DNA of 64,000 nt from Mobula hypostoma (lineage: Eukaryota): contig NC_086097.1 in assembly GCF_963921235.1 (NCBI RefSeq), forward strand, positions 2,418,001 to 2,482,000, in the 5' to 3' direction. Position 1 is the stretch's first letter, and each line of letters begins with the position of its first letter. The translations under genes were made by a program, and so were the position numbers. The notes below the pieces were generated by a model. It saw only the letters and a list, made by a program, of their open reading frames with translations. It was not told the DNA's origin and made no database searches. This document shows, piece by piece, positions 25,103-37,690 of this stretch.

Positions 25103-26689
25103 ATACATCTCAACCATCTTCCTTTTATGTCTCCCTCATTATATACCTCTCTTCTTCACCACCCCACCACATCTTACAAAGAGCAAGGACAAGGAGTGGG
25201 AACAAGGTGGAACAAGACATGGAAAGATCAAATCCAGAATGAATCTATGGTGAGGCCTCCACAGCTATCTGTGTCATTAGCATTTACAGTTTAATCTTGT
25301 TAGTGCGACACTTAATGCCCACTGAGGTTTACAAAATTATAGATGGACAGATAATCCCAAGTCTTTTTATTTCCAGGGCAGGGGAATGTAAAACTAGAGG
25401 GCACAGATGAGAAGGAATGAATGGGGGTAAATTTTCTACAGAGGGTGGAGCACAGCTGGAATGAGCAGCAAGAGGAGGCAGATGCAATTACATTTGGACA
25501 GGTACAGAGTTGGAGAAGGCACAGGCAGGTGCATGCCTTACATGGGCAAATGTGGCATTAGTGCAGACAGGAAATACGGTGGGCATGAGTGAGGCAAGAC
25601 AAAATGGCCTCTTGCTGTGTTGTCTATTTCAATGATTCTATAGGTGAGTGTAGGCCTAGAAAGGCCAACCTCCCCACACACTAACACAAACAGTCCTTTC
25701 ATTCTCGAAACCTGCCTTACAAACCTTCATTGAACTCCCTCAATGGTAAGCGATCGTTTTTTAATTAAGGGCACCAACAGTGCACACGATACACTGGCAT
25801 GCTTTCACAAAGAGCCCACATAATCGTAGTATGATATCCTTGCTCCTGTATTCAGACATCCTCAGTGAAGGCCATAAACACCAATCACTTCTTAACTACT
25901 TGTTCATCGGTGTACAAGGCCGCCCAAGGCTCAGTCAATCCACATTTCCCTATCTATCACCATTTAAACAATGCACTACCCTTGTTTTATCTACCAGTTC
26001 TGATAACTGTGTTATATGGAGTTTGTCCACGCAATCGATTTGCCGAAGTCTCGAAGTCCCAAGTCCCATTCTCTCCCCATAGTCCAAGCCTGGAAATCTC
26101 CCAATCCTACTTAGTTTCTGTGTGGTTGGCAAACTTAGTAAGGTTGGATTTTGTTCCACATCATCAATATTCAGGCACTGATCCTTCCAAAGTTCAAAAT
26201 CAATTTATTATCAAAGTACATGTACGTCACAGTATACAACCCTGAGATTCATTTTCCTGTGGGTATTCACAGTAAATACAAAGAAACACAATAGAATCAA
26301 TGAAAACCCTCACACAACCAAGATAGGCAAACAACCAATGTGCAAAAAACAACAAACTGCGGAAATACAAATAGAAAAAAATGTAATAATGATAAATATC
26401 TAGAAGATGAGCTGTCCATGCCCCTCCCATTACTGCTTGCTATCCCAAGGGTCAGTTACTCCAATATGCCAATTCCTGTCATTCAGCCAATATTCTCAAT
26501 TCATACCAGTATCCCATAGCTTTAATTCTGCACAGTAATATCTGAAATGGAAACTTATCAAAATCCAAATACAACATGTTGTATTTGGACGCAAACAACA
26601 GGAATTCTGCAGATGCTGGAAATTCAAGCAACACACATCAAAGTTGCTGGTGAACGCAGCAAGCCAAGCAGCATCTATAGGAAGAGGCG

Positions 26690-26727
26690 CAGTCGACGTT
26701 TCAGGCCGAGACCCTTCGTCAGGACTA
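26690..26727 (-). ncRNA. Hammerhead ribozyme motif, left arm
   Basis: Reverse complement reads TAGTCCTGACGAAGGGTCTCGGCCTGAAACGTCGACTG. Confidence 0.7.
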
Positions 26728-28817
26728 ACTGAAGGAAGAGTGAGTAAGGAATTTGAAAGCTGGAGGAGGAGGGGGAGATGCAAAATGATAGGAGAAGACA
26801 GGAGGGGGAGGGATAGAGCCGAGAGCTGGACAGGTGATAGGCAAAAGGGGATACGAGAGGATCATGGGACAGGAGGTCCGGGAAGAAAGACGGGGGGGGG
26901 GGGGTGACCCAGAGGATGGGCAAGAGGTATATTCAGAGGGACAGAGGGAGAAAAAGGAGAGTGAGAGAAAGAATGTGTGCATAAAAATGAGTAACAGATG
27001 GGGTACGAGGGGGAGGTGGGGCCTAGCGGAAGTTAGAGAAGTCAATGTTCATGCCATCAGGTTGGAGGCTACCCAGACGGAATATAAGGTGTTGTTCCTC
27101 CAACCTAAGTGTGGCTTCATCTTTACAGTAGAGGAGGCCGTGGATAGACATGTCAGAATGGGAATGGGATGTGGAATTAAAATGTGTGGCCACTGGGAGA
27201 TCCTGCTTTCTCTGGCGGACAGAGCGTAGATGTTCAGCAAAGCGGTCTCCCAGTCTGCGTCGGGTCTCACCAATATATAAAAGGCCACATCGGGAGCACC
27301 GGACGCAGTATATCACCCCAGTCGACTCACAGGTGAAGTGATGCCTCACCTGGAAGGACTGTTTGGGGCCCTGAATGGTGGTAAGGGAGGAAGTGTAAGG
27401 GCATGTGTAGCACTTGTTCCGCTTACACGGATAAGTGCCAGGAGGGAGATCAGTGGGGAGGGATGGGGGGGACGAATGGACAAGGGAGTCGTGTAGGGAG
27501 CGATCCCTGCGGAATGCAGAGAGGGGGGGGAGGGAAAGATGTGCTTAGTGGTGGGATCCCGTTGGAGGTGGCGGAAGTTACGGAGAATAATATGTTGGAC
27601 CCGGAGGCTGGTGGGGTGGTAGGTGAGGACCCGGGGAACCCTATTCCTAGTGGGGTGGTGGGAGGATGGAGTGAGAGCAGATGTACGTGAAATGGGGGAG
27701 ATGCGTTTAAGAGCAGAGTTGATAGTGGAGGAAGGGAAGCCCCTTTCTTTAAAAAATGAAGACATCTCCCTCGTCCTAGAAAATGTCTTCATTTTTTAAA
27801 GAAAGGGGCTTCCCTTCCTCCACTATCAACTCTGCTCTTAAACACATCTCCCCCATTTCACGTACATCTGCTCTCACTCCATCCTCCCACCACCCCACTA
27901 GGAATAGGGTTCCCCTGGTCCTCACCTACCACCCCACCAGCCTCCGGGTCCAACATATTATTCTCCGTAACTTCCGCCACCTCCAACGGGATCCCACCAC
28001 TAAGCACATCTTTCCCTCCCCCCCTCTCTGCATTCCGCAGGGATCGCTCCCTACACGACTCCCTTGTCCATTCGTCCCCCCCATCCCTCCCCACTGATCT
28101 CCCTCCTGGCACTTATCCGTGTAAGCGGAACAAGTGCTACACATGCCCTTACACTTCCTCCCTTACCACCATTCAGGGCCCCAAACAGTCCTTCCAGGTG
28201 AGGCATCACTTCACCTGTGAGTCGACTGGGGTGATATACTGCGTCCGGTGCTCCCGATGTGGCCTTTTATATATTGGTGAGACCCGACGCAGACTGGGAG
28301 ACCGCTTTGCTGAACATCTACGCTCTGTCCGCCAGAGAAAGCAGGATCTCCCAGTGGCCACACATTTTAATTCCACATCCCATTCCCATTCTGACATGTC
28401 TATCCACGGCCTCCTCTACTGTAAAGATGAAGCCACACTCAGGTTGGAGGAACAACACCTTATATTCCGTCTGGGTAGCCTCCAACCTGATGGCATGAAC
28501 ATTGACTTCTCTAACTTCCGCTAGGCCCCACCTCCCCCTCGTACCCCATTTGTTACTCATTTTTATGCACACATTCTTTCTCTCACTCTCCTTTTTCTCC
28601 CTCTGTCCCTCTGAATATACCTCTTGCCCATCCTCTGGGTCACCCACCCCCCCGTCTTTCTTCCCGGACCTCCTGTCCCATGATCCTCTCGTATCCCCTT
28701 TTGCCTATCACCTGTCCAGCTCTCGGCTCCATCCCTCCCCCTCCTGTCTTCTCCTATCATTTTGCATCTCCCCCTCCCCCTCCAACTTTCAAATCCCTTA
28801 CTCACTCTTCCTTCAGT

Positions 28818-28855
28818 TAGTCCTGACGAAGGGTCTCGGCCTGAAACGTCGACTG
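28818..28855 (+). ncRNA. Hammerhead ribozyme motif, right arm
   Basis: TAGTCCTGACGAAGGGTCTCGGCCTGAAACGTCGACTG. Confidence 0.7.
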
Positions 28856-30155
28856 CGCCTCTTCCTATAGATGCTGCTTGGCCTGCTGCGTTCACCAGCA
28901 ACTTTGATGTGTGATGTTGTATTTGGTCTATAATTCATTGTAGGTAGTGTCACAGGTAGATGGGGTCATCAAGAAAGGTTTTGGCACACTGGCCTTCTGT
29001 ACTCAATACTGTGGTTTATGGTGTTAGGATGTTGTGAGGACTAATTTGGAGTATTGTGTGCAGTTTTGGTCCATTGATGGCAAGGATGTGCAGGACTATG
29101 GTTCTGATGCAGGTCATTGAGAGATGGGAACAGAGCTTAAATGCTTTGGCACAGGCTAGATGGGCTGAAGGGCTTACTTCTGCGCTGTACTGCTCAATGA
29201 CTCTGTTCATGCGTCTCCCTCATCTATTCAACCAGTCACATCCCCAAACACTCAAAAGGGTTTGTCAGATATTATCCTTCTTCATCTGTTGACATTTCTC
29301 ACAGCCTTGGAAAAGCACCTAAAAGACCCCTTCCATCCTGGACATTCTTTCATCTCCCTCTCCTAACGGACAGAAGATACAAAAAACTAAAATCTCATAC
29401 CACCATGCTCAAGGACAGCTTCTAAACTTTGCAAAAAAAAAGCTTAAAAGTAGAGGGGTTCATTGCCCATTCAGAAATCTGATGGCAGTGGGAAAGAATG
29501 TGTTCCTGAATCATTGAGTGTACGGCTTCAGGCTCCTGCACCTAATTTGACAGATTCTGCACCCTCTACTGAAAGAAGTTCCTCCTCATTTCCATTCTAA
29601 AAGGATATCCCTCTATTATGAGGCTGTGTCCTCTGGTCTTGGACTCTCCCGCCACATGAAACATCATCTCCACTATTCACTATACCAATGCCTTTCACCA
29701 AGGCTTCAATGAGGTCTCCCCTCATTCTTCTGAATTCTAGTGAATACAGGCCCAGAGCCATCAAACGCCGTACATACTGAGATACAGCATGGAACAGGCT
29801 CTTCCAGACCTTCCAGCAACACTGCCCCAGCAACCTCCCAATTTAATCGGAGCCTAATCACAGATCAAGTTACTAACCTACCAACCAGTATGTCTTTGGA
29901 TTGTGGGGTGGGGATGGGAGGAGAACTCATGCAGTCACAGGGAGAACTTATGAATTCCTTACAGGAACAGCTGGAACGGAATCTGCATCTGCCGTATTGT
30001 AAAGCACTGTGTTAACCACTTATGCTACCATGTCTAGCTCTTAATAAACGGCAAATCCAGGGAATGGGGAACCAGGGAAAAAAATTCAGGGGCAAACTTG
30101 AGCATTAACTTTCTCAGGTCCTACAACTTTGGCCTAATTATAACTGCAATATTTA

Positions 30156-31600
30156 CAGTGCCTATAAAAAGTATTCACATCCTTGGAAGTTTTCATGTTT
30201 TATTGTTTTACAACATGGAATCAGTGGATTTAATTTGGCTTTTTTTTTAAACTGATCAACAGAAAAGGGCTCTTTCATGTCAAAGTGAAAAAAGATCTCT
30301 ACAAAGTGATCCAAATTAATTACAAATATAAAACACAAAATAATTGATTGCACAAGTATTCATCCCCCTTAATATGACACATCAAATCATCACTGGTGCA
30401 GCCAACTGGTTTTTAGAAGTCAAATAATTAGTTAAATGGAGATCTGTTTTTGGAGACCTGTGTGCAGTCAATTGATTAGACACTTGTATCTGGAAGGTCC
30501 AACTTCTGGTGAGTCAGTATCCTGGCAAAAACTACACAATAAAGACAAAAAAAAAAAAGAACACTCCAAACAACTCTGTAAAAAGGTTATTGAACAGCAC
30601 AAGTCAGGAGATGGATACAAGAAGATTTCCAAGTGACTGAATATCCCCTAGGGTACAGCTAAGTCAATCATCGAGAGATGGGAAGAATATGGCACAGCTG
30701 TAAAACTGATTAGAGCAGGCTGTCTTCAAAAACTGAACGACCACGCAAGAAGTGGACTAGTGTAGGAGGCCACCAAAAGACCTATGACAACGCTGGAGAA
30801 GTTACAAGCTTCAGCGACTGAGATGGGAGAGACCGTGCATACAACTGTTGTCCGGGTGCTTCACCAGTCGCAGCTTTATGGCAGCGTGGCAAAGAGAAAG
30901 CCACTGTTGAAAAAACAACTCACATGAAATCTCAACTAGAGTTTACCAGAAGGCATGGGAGAGACTCTGAAGTCAGCTGGAAGAAGGTTCTATGGTCTGA
31001 TGAAACGAAAATTGAGCTCTTTGGCCATCAGACTGAATGCTATGTTTGGCGTAAGCCAAACACCACACATCATCAAAAACACACCATCCTTACTGTGAAG
31101 CATGGTGGTAGCTGCATCAGGCTGTGGGGATGCTTCTCTGCAGCTGGCCCTGAAAGGCTTGGGCGGCAGAGGGTAAAATGAATGCAGCAAAATACAGGGA
31201 AATCCTGGAGGAAAACCTGATGCAGTCTGTTGGAGAACTGCGACTTGGGAGAAGATTTATTTTCCAGCAAGACACTTTTCCCCAAGCACAAAGCCAAAGC
31301 TACACAGAAATGGGTTCAAAACAAAGTTACTGTCCCGAAGTGGCCAAGTCAGAGTCCAGACCTCAATCCAAATGAAAATTTGTGGCTGGACTTGAAGAGG
31401 GCTGTTCACTCACGATCCTCGTGCAATCTGACAGAGCTTGAGCAGCTTTGTAAAGGGGAAAAATTGCAGTGCCCAGACATGCAAAGCTGATAAAGACCTA
31501 TCCACTCAGACTCCAGGCTGTAATTGCTGCTAAAGAGGCTGAATACTTTGCAATCAATTATTTTCATGAAAACTTCCAAGAGGGGTGAATACAGGCACTC
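30156..31600 (+). mobile_element. Near full-length degenerate Tc1 transposon (DD34E-type)
   Basis: TA-flanked ends cagtgcctataaaaagtattcac / gtgaatacaggcactc; motifs GDGYKKISK, WSDETKIELF, KHGGSCIRLWGCF, FQQD and WPSQSPDLNPNENLW, with stops and frameshifts. Confidence 0.93.
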
Positions 31601-32389
31601 TATTATTTCAAGAGGATACAATTTCAAAGTTCAAATTTATTATCAATATAAATCAAATAGAACCCTGAGATTTATCATCATCTCCTCACAATGAAATACA
31701 ACAGAATCCATGTAAAACCATACACAATGACTGACAAACATTCAATTTGAAAAACAGGACAAATCCTGCAAATAGTAAAAAAGTAAACAGAAAACAGATG
31801 GAAGATGAACTGCAGAGTGCCTGGAAATAAGCCCACAGCAGCAGAGCACGTTCAGGGCGGAGGCGAGTGAAGCCGGTCCAGGAGCCCAGCAGGTGCAGGG
31901 CATCAACTGCTCCTGAATCTGGTGGCATAGGACCTTTCCCACGATGGTCATGGTGGCAGATGGCACTGAAAGCCTGTTTGTATCCGCTCTCATCCCGGAC
32001 AATTTTAATCGGTGCAGAGTAACACGCGATTCTGCAGATGCTCTAAATCTTGAGTAAAACACACAACACTAAAGAAACAAAGGCAGCGCCTATGAAGCAG
32101 AAATATCTGTTGTTTATCCCCCTCCATAGATGCTGCCTGACTTGCTGAGTTCCTCCAGCATTTTGTGTGTGTTGTACAATTTGTCACTCTCATCCTGTTG
32201 TGCTCTGGTCGGTTGTGATTTGATTGCTCTTTGTTTCAATGGGGTTGACTGAAACAGCAATAAACTGGGCAGATTAACAGCAGCAAATAACCAAAGATTC
32301 AAATATTCAAAATACTTTTATTGTCGAAGCATGTATATCGTAAACGATACTCTGATTCGTCCTCCCACAGGTAGCTACAAAACGAAGAC

Positions 32390-32680
32390 CACAATCGGTG
32401 CGGATTGGAAATAACATTTCCATCTCACTGACAATCAACACTGACACACCTCAGAGGTGTGTGCTTAGCCCCCTGCTCTACCTTCTGTATACACATGACT
32501 GTGTGGCTAGGCATAGCTCTAATGCCATCTATAAACTTGCTGCTGATACAACCATAGTTGGTAGAATCTCAGATGGTGATGAAGGGGCGTATCGGAGCGA
32601 GACATACCAAGTATTGGAGTGGTGTCACAACAACCTGGCACTCAACATCAGTAAGACGAAAGAGCTGATTGTGGACCATT
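32390..32680 (+). mobile_element. Rex1/Babar-type RT fragment
   Basis: [23 protein letters not shown]...YKLAADTTIVGRI...LNISKTKELIVD. Confidence 0.8.
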
Positions 32681-33213
32681 GACACAGATAGGGATTCTGC
32701 CCCCCGCCACTCAACACCACTAACTAACACCGAGTGAGAGGGGTGTTTACCTTTTCACTACGTCTTGATTTAAAAGTCATATTTTAAATCATCTACCCAA
32801 TCCAAACCTATATTTACTTGAAGTTGCCGTATGGGTTAAGTCTCCAGAACACCACAAGAAAATAAAAACATGCATTTATGTAATTGCTCTTCTCTTGTTT
32901 AGAACTCACTGAACCAGATCATGGGCGAAAGTCGAGTATAATCACCTCTTGTAAAGAAAGCCTGTGGGGTTCACTTACTCAGAGCTTTGGTTATATAACT
33001 CCACCACAGACAGTCCCAATCCAGTGGCAAAAGGAGGGCATGGGGCCCTCCCGTAATTACTCAGAACTACAGAAGCTCCAAAGGCCTCGTCCCTGGGAGA
33101 AGATGAGTTAAACCTGGAGATAACGTGGAAGACTGGCCCGGGACAGAGGACTCTGGTAGCTACTGTCGGCAGCCGATGCACCAATAGATGTGACTGGCTT
33201 AAGGAAGTTGATT

Positions 33214-33671
33214 GGATCAAAAATGACACCGGAATTTTTCTAAATTTAAACATGATATCGTTTGAGAAAACCACTGAAATGTGGTAGGAGGATTGGTCTC
33301 TTTCCAATTCAATAAAATGGACCTTCTGGCCATTAATGTAACAAATGCAATCATACAACAAGCTGAAGAGGATAAAGAGCTATGTTCCATCACTGAAGAG
33401 ACTTGGAAGCCATTTATTCAACATTTTCATATGGTGTAGTTTGACCTTTAACAAATCCTTTTTATTAACTTAGAATATATGAATAGAGGAGTGGAGTTGA
33501 CGACATTAATGAATGTATTCGATTTAATATATTGACTCAGCCCTGTTTTCTCCTGTTTGTTTTTTTGGGGGGTTTTTTGGGGGGTTTTCTTTGTGATTTT
33601 TTTTTCCCTTTTTTTTTCTCTTCATGATCAATTATATCTGGAGTTTGTAAGTCTATTACACTTGTACTATT
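33214..33671. mobile_element. Short L1 insertion with 5' inversion
   Basis: 33214-33392 on minus reads ...IAFVTLMARRSILLNWKETNPPTTFQWFSQTISCLNLEK; from 33394 the plus strand reads EETWKPFIQHFHMV* followed by a T-rich 3'UTR. Confidence 0.75.
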
Positions 33672-34190
33672 ACGCAAACAACAGGAATTCTGCAGATGCT
33701 GGAATTTCAAGCAACACACATCAAAGTTGTTGGTGAACGCAGCAGGCCAGGCAGCATCTCTAGGAAGAGGTACAGTCGACATTTCAGGCTGAGACCCTTC
33801 GTCAGGACTAACTGAAGGAAGAGTGAGTAAGGGATTTGAAAGTTGGAGGGGGAGGGGGAGATCCAAAATGATAGAAGAAGACAGGAGGGGGAGGGATGGA
33901 GCCAAGAGCTGGACAGGTGATAGGCAAAAGGGGATACGAGAGGATCATGGGACAGGAGGTCTGGGAAGAAAGACAAGGGGGGGGTGGGGACCCAGAGGAT
34001 GGGCAAGGGGTATATTCAGAGGGACAGAGGAAGAAAAAGGAGAGTGAGAGAAAGAATGTGTGTATAAAAAAAAGTAACAGATGGGGTACGAGGGGGAGGT
34101 GGGGCCTTAGTGGAAGTTAGAGAAGTCGATGTTCATGCCATCAGGTTGGAGGCTACCCAGATGGAATATAAGGTTGGAGGAACAACACCT
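33672..34190 (-). mobile_element. Penelope long arm plus a 20-nt stub of the opposite arm
   Basis: acgcaaacaacaggaattc... on minus to ~34172, then the plus-sense stub aggttggaggaacaacacct (34171-34190). Confidence 0.88.
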
Positions 34191-34212
34191 CCATTCCCAG
34201 AAAAATATATAT

Positions 34213-36275
34213 TAACCCTTTCATTCCCAGAATCATCCTCATGAACCTCCTCTAGACTCTCTCCAATGACAACACATCTCTTCCTGAGATATGGGGCCCA
34301 AAACTGTTGATAATACTCCAAGTGCATAAGTTGATAAACCTCAGCATTATCCCCTTGATTTTGTACTTCCCAACAACATATTCCCCCTACCACTCTGTCC
34401 AAGTCCTGCTGCAATAGCATTGCTTCCTCAGCACTACCTACCCCTCCACCCATCTTCGTATCATCCACAACTTCGTCACAAGGCACCAACTCCATTATCT
34501 AAATCATTGACAAACAACGTGAAAAGTAGCAGTCTCAATTCTGACCCCTGAGGAACACCACCAGTCTCTGGCAGCAACCAGAAAAGGCCCCCTTTATTCT
34601 CACTCACAGCCTCTTGCCTGCAACGCTGTAGATTTTATCTTGTTAAGCAGCTTCATGTGAGGCACCTTATCAAATGCCTTCTGAAAATCCCGGTGAATGA
34701 CATCATTGACTCTCCTTTCTCCACCCTGCTTGTTAATTCCTCAAAGAACTCTAACAGGCAAGATTTACCTTTACAGAAACCATGCTGACTTTGACTTATT
34801 TTATGATTAGTCTCCAAGTACCCCTTCACCTCATCCTTAATAATAGACTCCAACACTTTCCCAACCACTGAGGTTAGGCTAACTGGCCTATAATTTCCTT
34901 TCTTTTGCCTTCCTCCCTTCTTAAAGAGTGGAGTGACATTTGCAATCTTCCAGTCCTCCGGGACCATACCAGAATCAAGTGATTCTTGAAAGATCATGAC
35001 CAATGCATCTGTTATCTCTTCAGCAACCTCTCTCAGGACTCTGGGATGTAGTCCATCTGGCCCAGGTGACTTATCCACCTTAAGACCTTTGAGTTTGCCT
35101 AGCACTTTTCCCTTTGTAATAGAAATGGCTCTCACTCCTGCTTCCTGATACTCACGGACCTCTGGCACACTGCGAGTGTCTTCCACGGTGAAGACTGATG
35201 CAAAGTACCCATTAAGTTCATCTGCCATTTCTTTGTCCCCCATTACTACCTCACCAGCATCATTTCCAGTGATCCAATATCAACTCTCACCTCCCTATTA
35301 CTCTTACATAGGCTAGTTTGCCCTCCTATTCGTCTTTTCCCTTATAGCTTTTTTTAGTTGCCTTTTGTTGGATTTTAAAGGCTTTCCAATCATGCAACTT
35401 CCCACTCACTTTTGCTAGCTTATATGCCCTTTCCTTAGCTTTTATGCAGTCCATAACTTCCTTTGTCAGCCATGGTGGCCTACTCCTGCCATTCGAGAAC
35501 AACTTCTTCTGTGGGACCTATCTATCCTGCGCTTTGTGAACTATTCCAGGAAACTTCAGCCTTCTCTGTTCTGCAATCATCCCCACCAGCATCCTCCTCC
35601 AATCCACCTGGGCAAGCTCCTCTCTCAAGCCTCTGTAATTCCCCTTAATTCCATTGCGATCCTGAAACATGTGCTTCTCCCTCTCAAATTGCAGTATTAA
35701 TTCAATCATACCATGATCACTGCCTCCTTATAGGTTCTTTTACATTAAACTCCCTAATAAATCGGAGTTATTACATAACACCCAATCTACGGTACCCTTT
35801 CCCCACACAGGCTCAAGCACAAGCTGCTCTAAAAAGCCATCTACTGGGCATTCAACAAATGCCTTCTCTTGCAATCCGACACCAACTTGATTTTCCCAAT
35901 CCTGTTACATATTGAAGTCCCCCATTATAATTATGTCATTATCCTTAATACATGTCTTTTCCAGCTCCCTTTGCAATCTCAACCCCACATTTTGGCTACT
36001 ATTTGGAGGCCTATATATGATTTCCATAATGGGTTTTTTTTTACCCTTGCAGTTTCTTAACTCCACCCACAAAGATTCACAGAGCCACACCACCACCTAT
36101 ACCTTCCTGCCTGTCCTTTCGATATAAAATATATCCTTTGATGTGAAGCTCCCAACTACGGTCTTTCAGCCACGACTCAGTGATGCCCACAACGTCATAC
36201 CGACCAATCTCAATTTGTGCCTCGAGTTCATCCACCTTATTCTGAAAGCTCGCACATTTAAATACAGCACCTACA
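34213..36275 (-). mobile_element. Degenerate CR1 LINE (APE to RT, with internal deletions, 3' end missing)
   Basis: ORF 34653-35243 (KSPGPDGLHPRVL, NYRPVSLTSVVGK, QHGF); APE fragments SLWVELRN and IYRPPN...MGDFN. Confidence 0.92.
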
Positions 36276-37214
36276 GTGAGATCTATAGGTCAGGAAGGTG
36301 ATTCTGCTACACTCTGCAGAGAGCAAAGGATGAAGCAGCACAGAAGTCATGGTCAGTCATCCACTGCGACCAGGGAGGACCCCGGTTTGTGACAACTACT
36401 AGTACAACTGAACACAGACTTTCGATGTCAAGATTGGAACTGTCCCAGTGCAACAGTTTTTCCACATTCAGAACTCTCCTGAATAGGTTTCCTCATCAGA
36501 TACAACGGACAACCAACAATGTAATAACAATAAGCAGAATATAAATGATACCGTCAATGTAAAGATGAAAATTGTTCTTCCTCATCCTCCGCAGAAATAC
36601 ATAAAGTAGTTTAAACACACAGACCAACCATTACACAATCCCTCCATTCAAGCAAACTCTGAAAAGCTTCTTCCAACTTATTTACCTTCATTTTCAATGT
36701 GTCAGAGACAAAGACGTAGCTATGTCACCGCAGTCTTGTGGACGTTATAGAAGAAAGTTTATTAGTGTCAGATTGTTAGAGTGTTTTGGGGGTTCACACA
36801 TGCTCCTCTCCCCCCTCCCCAAAGGCTGGCAGTGTATTTGTGATATGTTGTTGAATAAAAAGACTGCTTCATATCTACTGGTACCTCTCTCCAGTGACTT
36901 CCTTCTCGTAACAACACAATGACTACTAGAAATTGAGGTATCAGAAGTGCAAAAGACAACTCACGTCCTTCCTCCTATCAACATCTCATCATTGGCAACT
37001 CGAAAACAAGTTTTATTTCACGCCACCACACAACACTGTAAAAGCAAGGGTCGTCATCAACTGAGACAAAAAAAAGTCAGTGCAGACAATCAGGCATAAT
37101 TCCTCTTGAAGCATCAATTCCATACAAGTCCACACTTGCTTTTTACTTACACATGACTAAACGCGAGTCAGCCAATCAAGTTGCAAAGTCTAGAATAAAG
37201 AAAGTGTGACTCAC

Positions 37215-37239
37215 CGGCACCACGTCAATGCCTCTTTTC
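37215..37239 (-). CDS. Candidate 25-nt microexon of an unidentified host gene
   Basis: gttatgttgtttcttttctag|GAAAAGAGGCATTGACGTGGTGCCG|gtgagt; ~70-nt AG-free zone upstream; lies in a ~1 kb repeat-free island. Confidence 0.5.
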
Positions 37240-37690
37240 CTAGAAAAGAAACAACATAACATTCAGTGAAACAGTGTAGAGTAATAGTGAATAAATATTT
37301 ATTTTAATTGCTTTATTTAACGGTTGCTGTGCAAGTAACAGCGATTCTGAAACTACTGTAATATGCTGAAAATCAGTCTCATTTGTTGTTGTTAAGAAGG
37401 GAAATCTGATCCGGACCAGACTTTACGAGTCTGCCTTCCTGTGAAGAATGCTGGGCCTACCTTTGACATTCACATGATACAAAGAAAACAAAAATTCTTT
37501 ATCAGAAAAATATTTAGTGAAACAGATGGGTTTTTAATACAATTTGCCAACTTCATCATCCCCGATTCTTGTTTTTTAATTTATTGTTATTTTTAATTTA
37601 GATACAGTGCAGAACAGAGCCTTCTAGCAACGCCCAGCAACCTAGCTCAATCACAGGACAATTCACAACGACCAACTCAGCTACCAACTG

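Larger units (their letters stand above)
26589..28913. mobile_element. Head-to-head Neptune-type Penelope-like insertion forming a ~1.13 kb-arm palindrome, 13-bp TSD
   Basis: Arms 26632-27765 (-) and 27783-28913 (+) with a 17-nt spacer; both encode the Cys linker CKRNKCYTC and GIY-YIG (VIYCVRCSRCGLLYIGET); atgttgtatttgg at 26576-26588 and 28914-28926. Confidence 0.95.

Noticed and set aside
26496..28901. Recurrent ORFs such as MLVNAAGQAAS..., LPSVSPDEGSRPETST and MAFYILVRPDAD as a novel gene family
   Set aside because: These are alternative-frame or antisense readings of Penelope sequence.
26589..28913. Palindrome as a fold-back assembly artefact
   Set aside because: The arms differ at several positions, end asymmetrically and are bracketed by a TSD, and the same architecture recurs at other loci.
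30436..31490. Functional or domesticated Tc1 transposase
   Set aside because: Multiple stops and frameshifts.
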